From contig NJBG01000001.1 of NCBI GenBank assembly GCA_005222965.1, forward strand, positions 394,323 to 435,060: a stretch of DNA of 40,738 nucleotides. Direction: 5' to 3'. Positions within the stretch are counted from its first letter, which is position 1; each line of letters opens with the position of its first letter. The DNA comes from Candidatus Woesearchaeota archaeon B3_Woes (GTDB taxonomy: Archaea; Nanobdellota; Nanobdellia; Woesearchaeales; B3-WOES). Positions 36,435-40,738 of the stretch are shown in pieces. Below the pieces are notes generated by a model. It was not told the origin of the DNA and made no database searches. It saw only the letters and a list, made by a program, of their open reading frames with translations. The translations under genes were made by a program, and so were the position numbers.

Positions 36435-37316
36435 ATGAAGATTGCTATTAGCATCCCTGCATATAATGAGGAAAAAACAATTGGTAATGTAATTGAAGAT
36501 ATAAAAAAAATTATGAGTCATACTAAATATGAATATAAAATTCTTGTTGTTGATGATGGTTCTAAAGACAATACTGTTAAAATTGCAAAAGAAAAAGGTG
36601 CAATTACTTATTCTCATCATAAAAATCTTGGTTTAGCAGAAACTTTCAAGACAGAAATAGAAAGATGCTTAGAATTAGGTGTAGATATTATTGTTCACAC
36701 TGACGCAGATGGACAATATCCTGCTAAAGAAATACCTAAACTGATTACAAACGTTGAAGAAGGTTATGATTTGGTCTTAGGAGCAAGATTTGGAAAAGGA
36801 AAATATAATGGCTCTTTTATGAAAAAAATAGGTAATGTTGCTTTCGCTAGGGTTTTTTCTAAATTACTAAGAACAAAGATTACAGATACTACAACAGGAT
36901 TTAGAGCGTTTACATCAGAAGTTGCTCAACTTCCCTTAATAAATGATTTCACATATACACAAGAACAATTAATTAGAGCTGGAAAAGCTAAGATGAAAAT
37001 TAAAGAAGTTCCAATAAAAGCCAATAAAACAAGATCAAGTAGGTTATTTAAAAATTCATTAGACTATGCACTGAAAGCTTGGGTAAATATATTTAGAATT
37101 TATAGGGATTTTGAGCCTTTGCGATTTTTTGTGAGAATAGGATTAATGTTTGTCTTTGTTGGCTTCTTGCTTGGTTCATTTATCTTATATAGAATTCTCA
37201 CTATAGGTAGTGCAGGAGGAATTCCAAGAGTAATTCTAAGTATGTTGTTAATATTGGTAGGGATACAAATTGTACTATTTGGGTTTTTAGCAGATATGAT
37301 GAATAGATTAAAATAA
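36435..37316 (+). CDS. GT2 polyprenol-phosphate glycosyltransferase (DPM1-like) with two C-terminal TM helices
   Basis: IPAYNEE, VVDDGSKD, TDADGQY, GAR, DTTTGFRAF; C-terminal hydrophobic pair. Confidence 0.9.
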   Translation: MKIAISIPAYNEEKTIGNVIEDIKKIMSHTKYEYKILVVDDGSKDNTVKIAKEKGAITYSHHKNLGLAETFKTEIERCLELGVDIIVHTDADGQYPAKEIPKLITNVEEGYDLVLGARFGKGKYNGSFMKKIGNVAFARVFSKLLRTKITDTTTGFRAFTSEVAQLPLINDFTYTQEQLIRAGKAKMKIKEVPIKANKTRSSRLFKNSLDYALKAWVNIFRIYRDFEPLRFFVRIGLMFVFVGFLLGSFILYRILTIGSAGGIPRVILSMLLILVGIQIVLFGFLADMMNRLK

Positions 37317-37340
37317 ATTAATAAAAAAGTTAAAAGCATA

Positions 37341-38309
37341 ATGGATAGAACAATCAAAAAATATTATGATAAATTTAAGAAGTTTGAAAAACATTTTATT
37401 TATTTTCTCTATATTTTTCTTTTTGTAATTTTAGTAATATATTCTATAAAATACTTTTCAATACTATCTGAAAATATAAAGAAAATAGGGTTTTTGATTA
37501 TCTTTGTTATATTTCTAATTCAAATATTGATAGTATATTTTTGTGATGTTCGTATTTATTATTTGCTGAAACCTTTAAATAAAAAGAAAATAAGGGTTAT
37601 TGATTTATTTCTTGTATTCAATATATCCAACCTGTTTAAATATGTACCACCTAAAGGGATTAATTACTATATGAGAATCAAATTGTTAAATAAAATAAAG
37701 AATCTTCAAGGAAAAATAACTTCAACTTTTGGTGAATTTGTTTCAGAAATTTATATTTCTTCAATTTGTACATTAATCTTAATATATAATATTTTAGAAA
37801 CTTCTCTCTTCTTGAAATTGAGTATTTTATTGTTTATAGTTCTAGCTACTTATTTCATGTTATTCCCATATTACATTAATAAAATTTTGAATTTATTAAA
37901 ACTGAAACTAAAAAAAATAAGAAAGTTAATATTTCATTTCACTAAGCTAGTAAGATATAAAGAATACTATTATTCTTTATTTTTAACATTAATAACTGCG
38001 ATATTGCATGGTTTTTCTTTATATATGATATCAAGTTCTATTGGTTTATCTCAATTCTCAATCTTTGAGATGACCATTGTTTTTTATTCTGCACAATTTT
38101 TATCTATTTTATTAATGGCTCCTGCAGGTATTGGTGTAAGAGATATAGGCATAACTAGTTTTTTGGTATTCAACGGAGTAGATATTGGAAATGCCATTTT
38201 CATATCGCTTCTTCATAGAGCAATAATGTTCATATCTGAGTTGGTTATAGGTTTGGTTAGTATAATTTGGTTAAAATCAAAAGATTCCTTTTCTTTTAAA
38301 AATGTTTGA
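37341..38309 (+). CDS. Lysylphosphatidylglycerol-synthase-TM (flippase-like) membrane protein
   Basis: Multi-TM; KYVP and APAGIGVRD...LLHR motifs. Confidence 0.75.
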   Translation: MDRTIKKYYDKFKKFEKHFIYFLYIFLFVILVIYSIKYFSILSENIKKIGFLIIFVIFLIQILIVYFCDVRIYYLLKPLNKKKIRVIDLFLVFNISNLFKYVPPKGINYYMRIKLLNKIKNLQGKITSTFGEFVSEIYISSICTLILIYNILETSLFLKLSILLFIVLATYFMLFPYYINKILNLLKLKLKKIRKLIFHFTKLVRYKEYYYSLFLTLITAILHGFSLYMISSSIGLSQFSIFEMTIVFYSAQFLSILLMAPAGIGVRDIGITSFLVFNGVDIGNAIFISLLHRAIMFISELVIGLVSIIWLKSKDSFSFKNV

Positions 38310-38324
38310 TTAAAAAAACAAGAA

Positions 38325-38332
38325 TTTATATA
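38325..38332 (+). promoter_or_regulatory. Candidate TATA box TTTATATA
   Basis: 23 nt before ATG 38356, supporting that start over 38332. Confidence 0.4.
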
Positions 38333-38355
38333 TGTTTATTCTGTTTCTTAAATTT

Positions 38356-39819
38356 ATGAAAATTTTAATAATACACCCCCCTTGGCCAGGTCCAGGATTT
38401 GGTCTTAGGAGCCAGAATAGGTGGCCTAGGAAAAGAGGCGATAAAACTAACAGATATCCTATTTATCTTTGTTATACTGCTACATTACTTAAGAATAAAG
38501 GGCATAATGTAAAATATATAGATAGTGTTTATCAAAATCTCAACTATAAATCGACTTTAATCGAGATCATCAAATTTAAACCAGATGTGTTATTTTTTGA
38601 GACATCTACTCCTACCTTTGATTATGATTGCTCTTTTGTTGATATGGTTAAAAAAAGAATTCCTAATTTAAAAATAGTAGTCGCTGGTACACATGTTACT
38701 TTTGACCCTATTGGATCTATCAAAAAAAGTAAGATTGATGTTGTAATTAAAGGGGAACAAGATTTCACAACATTAAATGTTATGAATGCTTTTAAAAATT
38801 CCAAATCATTAAAAAATATCAAAGGCATTTGTTATAAGTATAAGAATAAGATTATTAATAATCCTCAAGCACCATTAATAAAAGATCTTGATAGTTTGCC
38901 TTTTCCAGATAGAGATCTTATACCGCATCAATGGTACATCGAAGGGCATGTTAAGTACACTCCTTTTACATTTGTTATGGGTTCTAGAGGGTGTCCTAAC
39001 AAATGTACTTTTTGTTTGTGGCCTCACGTTTATTACAACCACACAGTTAGATTTAGATCCCCTGTCAATATATGTGACGAGCTTGAATGGCTCATAAAAA
39101 AATATGGGATTAAAGAAGTTTTTTTTGATGATTCTACATTTAATGTAAACGAAAAGAGGGCTATAGATATTTCAAAAGAAATTATTAAGAGGGATATAAA
39201 AATAGTTTGGTCATGTAGTGCCAGAGTCGATAAAGTTAGTAAAGAGATGTTATATTGGATGAAAAAAAGCGGATGCAAATTAATTTGTTATGGGGGCGAG
39301 TCTGCAAATCCTGAAACTTTAAAGAAAACAGATAAAAAAATTACTCTAGAACAAATAAGAAAGGCAATTAAACTTACAAAGGAATCTAAAATCATAGCTC
39401 ATGCTAATTTTATGATTGGTTTTCCTTGGGAAACAAAAAAAGATATGGAAAAAACAATTGAGTTTGGGATTAAAACAGACCCAGATACAATCCAATTTTC
39501 ACTTGTTTTCCCTCATCCAGGTTCAAAAATGTATAAAGAAGCTGTGGAAAAAGAGTGGTTTTATGAAGAAGTATTTGATCATATGGATATGTTTGATATG
39601 ACAAAAGGGCCTATACTAAAAACAAAAATACCTAAAAAAGAGTTAATGAAAATAGTAAATAAATCTCATGCAAAATTTTTTTTAAGACCCAATTATATAT
39701 TAAAAAACATATATAAAATAAGAGATAAAAAAGAATTATTTAGAGTTCTTAAAGGGGCAAAGAGCGTTATAAAAGGCAAGATTTTATTTAATATATTTAA
39801 AAAGAATAAACTAAATTAA
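38356..39819 (+). CDS. B12-binding-domain radical SAM protein (HpnJ-like N-terminus)
   Basis: MKILIIHPP...RWP...YPIYL, TSTPT, SRGCPNKCTFC, FFDDSTF, FMIGFPWET, PHPGS. Confidence 0.9.
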   Translation: MKILIIHPPWPGPGFGLRSQNRWPRKRGDKTNRYPIYLCYTATLLKNKGHNVKYIDSVYQNLNYKSTLIEIIKFKPDVLFFETSTPTFDYDCSFVDMVKKRIPNLKIVVAGTHVTFDPIGSIKKSKIDVVIKGEQDFTTLNVMNAFKNSKSLKNIKGICYKYKNKIINNPQAPLIKDLDSLPFPDRDLIPHQWYIEGHVKYTPFTFVMGSRGCPNKCTFCLWPHVYYNHTVRFRSPVNICDELEWLIKKYGIKEVFFDDSTFNVNEKRAIDISKEIIKRDIKIVWSCSARVDKVSKEMLYWMKKSGCKLICYGGESANPETLKKTDKKITLEQIRKAIKLTKESKIIAHANFMIGFPWETKKDMEKTIEFGIKTDPDTIQFSLVFPHPGSKMYKEAVEKEWFYEEVFDHMDMFDMTKGPILKTKIPKKELMKIVNKSHAKFFLRPNYILKNIYKIRDKKELFRVLKGAKSVIKGKILFNIFKKNKLN

Positions 39820-40737
39820 CTTCTTTGTTTTATACCAATCTACCATTTTTCTTATGCCTTCCTCTGGTTTTATTCTAGGATGATAATTCAAATCCTTTTT
39901 AGCACTAGAAATATCATATTTATTAGATCTTAAAAAGAAAGCTAATTTTTTTCTGTTGATAAATGGTTCTTTTTTAAGAAAAAAGAATAATATTTCGTTT
40001 ATTATTGCCATTGTCTTTACAATAAAAACAGGCATATTGATTCTTGGCATTTTCTTCCCAACATTTTTTGAAAGCATGCTTAAAAATTGTTTTTTGTTTA
40101 TTGGTTCTGGACCAGCAAGATTATATTCACCATTAAATGATTTTTTATTATTTATTGAGTTTATTATTCCTTGTACACAATCTTTTACATAAACTGGTTG
40201 CATAAATGTTTTACCTAGTCCAATATTAAAAAATAATTTCTTTTTCATTAATTTGCATATTGGCAAAAAGGAAATATCTCTTTCGCCATATATTCTTGAT
40301 GGGCGAACTATTGTTAAAGGCACTTTATATTTATTTGTTAATGATTTTATAGCAAGTTCTCCTTTATATTTTGTTACGCCATATATTGTCGTCTGTTTTC
40401 TGCATGGGGCGTTTTCAGAAATTGGTTTATTTTCGTCTTCTATTTCCCCATAAACTGTAACACTACTACAATGGATAAATTGTTTTAATTTTTTATTATT
40501 TTCATATGATTTTCTAAACACATTTTCAGTTCCTTTGACGTTTATATCGTAATAGAGGCTGTCTGGTACATTTACTGGGTGGATAAGGCTTGCGAGATGT
40601 ATTACAATTTCTATGTTTTTTGTCGCTTTTTTTAAGGAATCTAAGTTAGTTACGTCTCCATGTAAAATTTCTATGTTTAAATTTTTTAAATATTTGATGT
40701 TGCTTGTTTTTCTTACTAAAACTTTAACAGTATGGCC
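39811..40737 (-). CDS. NAD-dependent epimerase/dehydratase (extended SDR), 5'-truncated by window edge
   Basis: Frame open to the edge: GHTVKVLVR...HGDVT...VIHLAS, then SSVTVYG, YGVTK, RPSRIYG. Confidence 0.88.
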   Translation of the reverse strand, partial: GHTVKVLVRKTSNIKYLKNLNIEILHGDVTNLDSLKKATKNIEIVIHLASLIHPVNVPDSLYYDINVKGTENVFRKSYENNKKLKQFIHCSSVTVYGEIEDENKPISENAPCRKQTTIYGVTKYKGELAIKSLTNKYKVPLTIVRPSRIYGERDISFLPICKLMKKKLFFNIGLGKTFMQPVYVKDCVQGIINSINNKKSFNGEYNLAGPEPINKKQFLSMLSKNVGKKMPRINMPVFIVKTMAIINEILFFFLKKEPFINRKKLAFFLRSNKYDISSAKKDLNYHPRIKPEEGIRKMVDWYKTKKLI

Positions 40738-40738
40738 T

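Noticed and set aside
669..40453. Numerous short antisense or alternate-frame ORFs in the track (e.g. 669..977, 14161..14430, 27060..27353, 30370..30642, 34994..35299, 38888..39097)
   Set aside because: They lie within or largely overlap well-supported CDS, have no motifs, and look like shadow ORFs.

Overview
Very AT-rich, gene-dense surface-glycan (N-glycan/S-layer/EPS) biosynthesis island of about 42 CDS, mostly on the + strand. The host is probably an archaeon, most plausibly DPANN (Woesearchaeota/Pacearchaeota-like). This is an inference from TTTA(T/A)A(T/A)A-like boxes 21-23 nt before several ATGs, GAGGT(G) Shine-Dalgarno motifs, Lrp/AsnC and RHH regulators, and a GT2 + flippase-like + GT-C set. 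Ordinary content: GDP-perosamine (gmd, per), dTDP-sugar (rmlA, rmlB), nonulosonate genes (NeuB, SpsF-like CMP-transferase, PtmA-like SDR), glycosyltransferases and a Wzx flippase. Two embedded modules stand out. (1) A bacterial-type ACP-dependent acyl line (AcpS, 2 ACPs, FkbH, MaoC-SDR fusion, AAC(3)-like and GNAT acyltransferases, VOC, methyltransferase, DUF692-like protein), predicted to make glyceryl/lactyl-type N-acyl groups for amino sugars. (2) A PhnDCE phosphonate ABC importer flanked by two cytidylyltransferases and preceded by AlkP-superfamily enzymes and a B12 radical SAM, with no PEP mutase or C-P lyase in the window. This suggests a salvage route that imports, CMP-activates and installs phosphonates on the surface glycan. 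No rRNA, tRNA, CRISPR or mobile element was recognised. All calls come from motif reading by eye; no database search was run.
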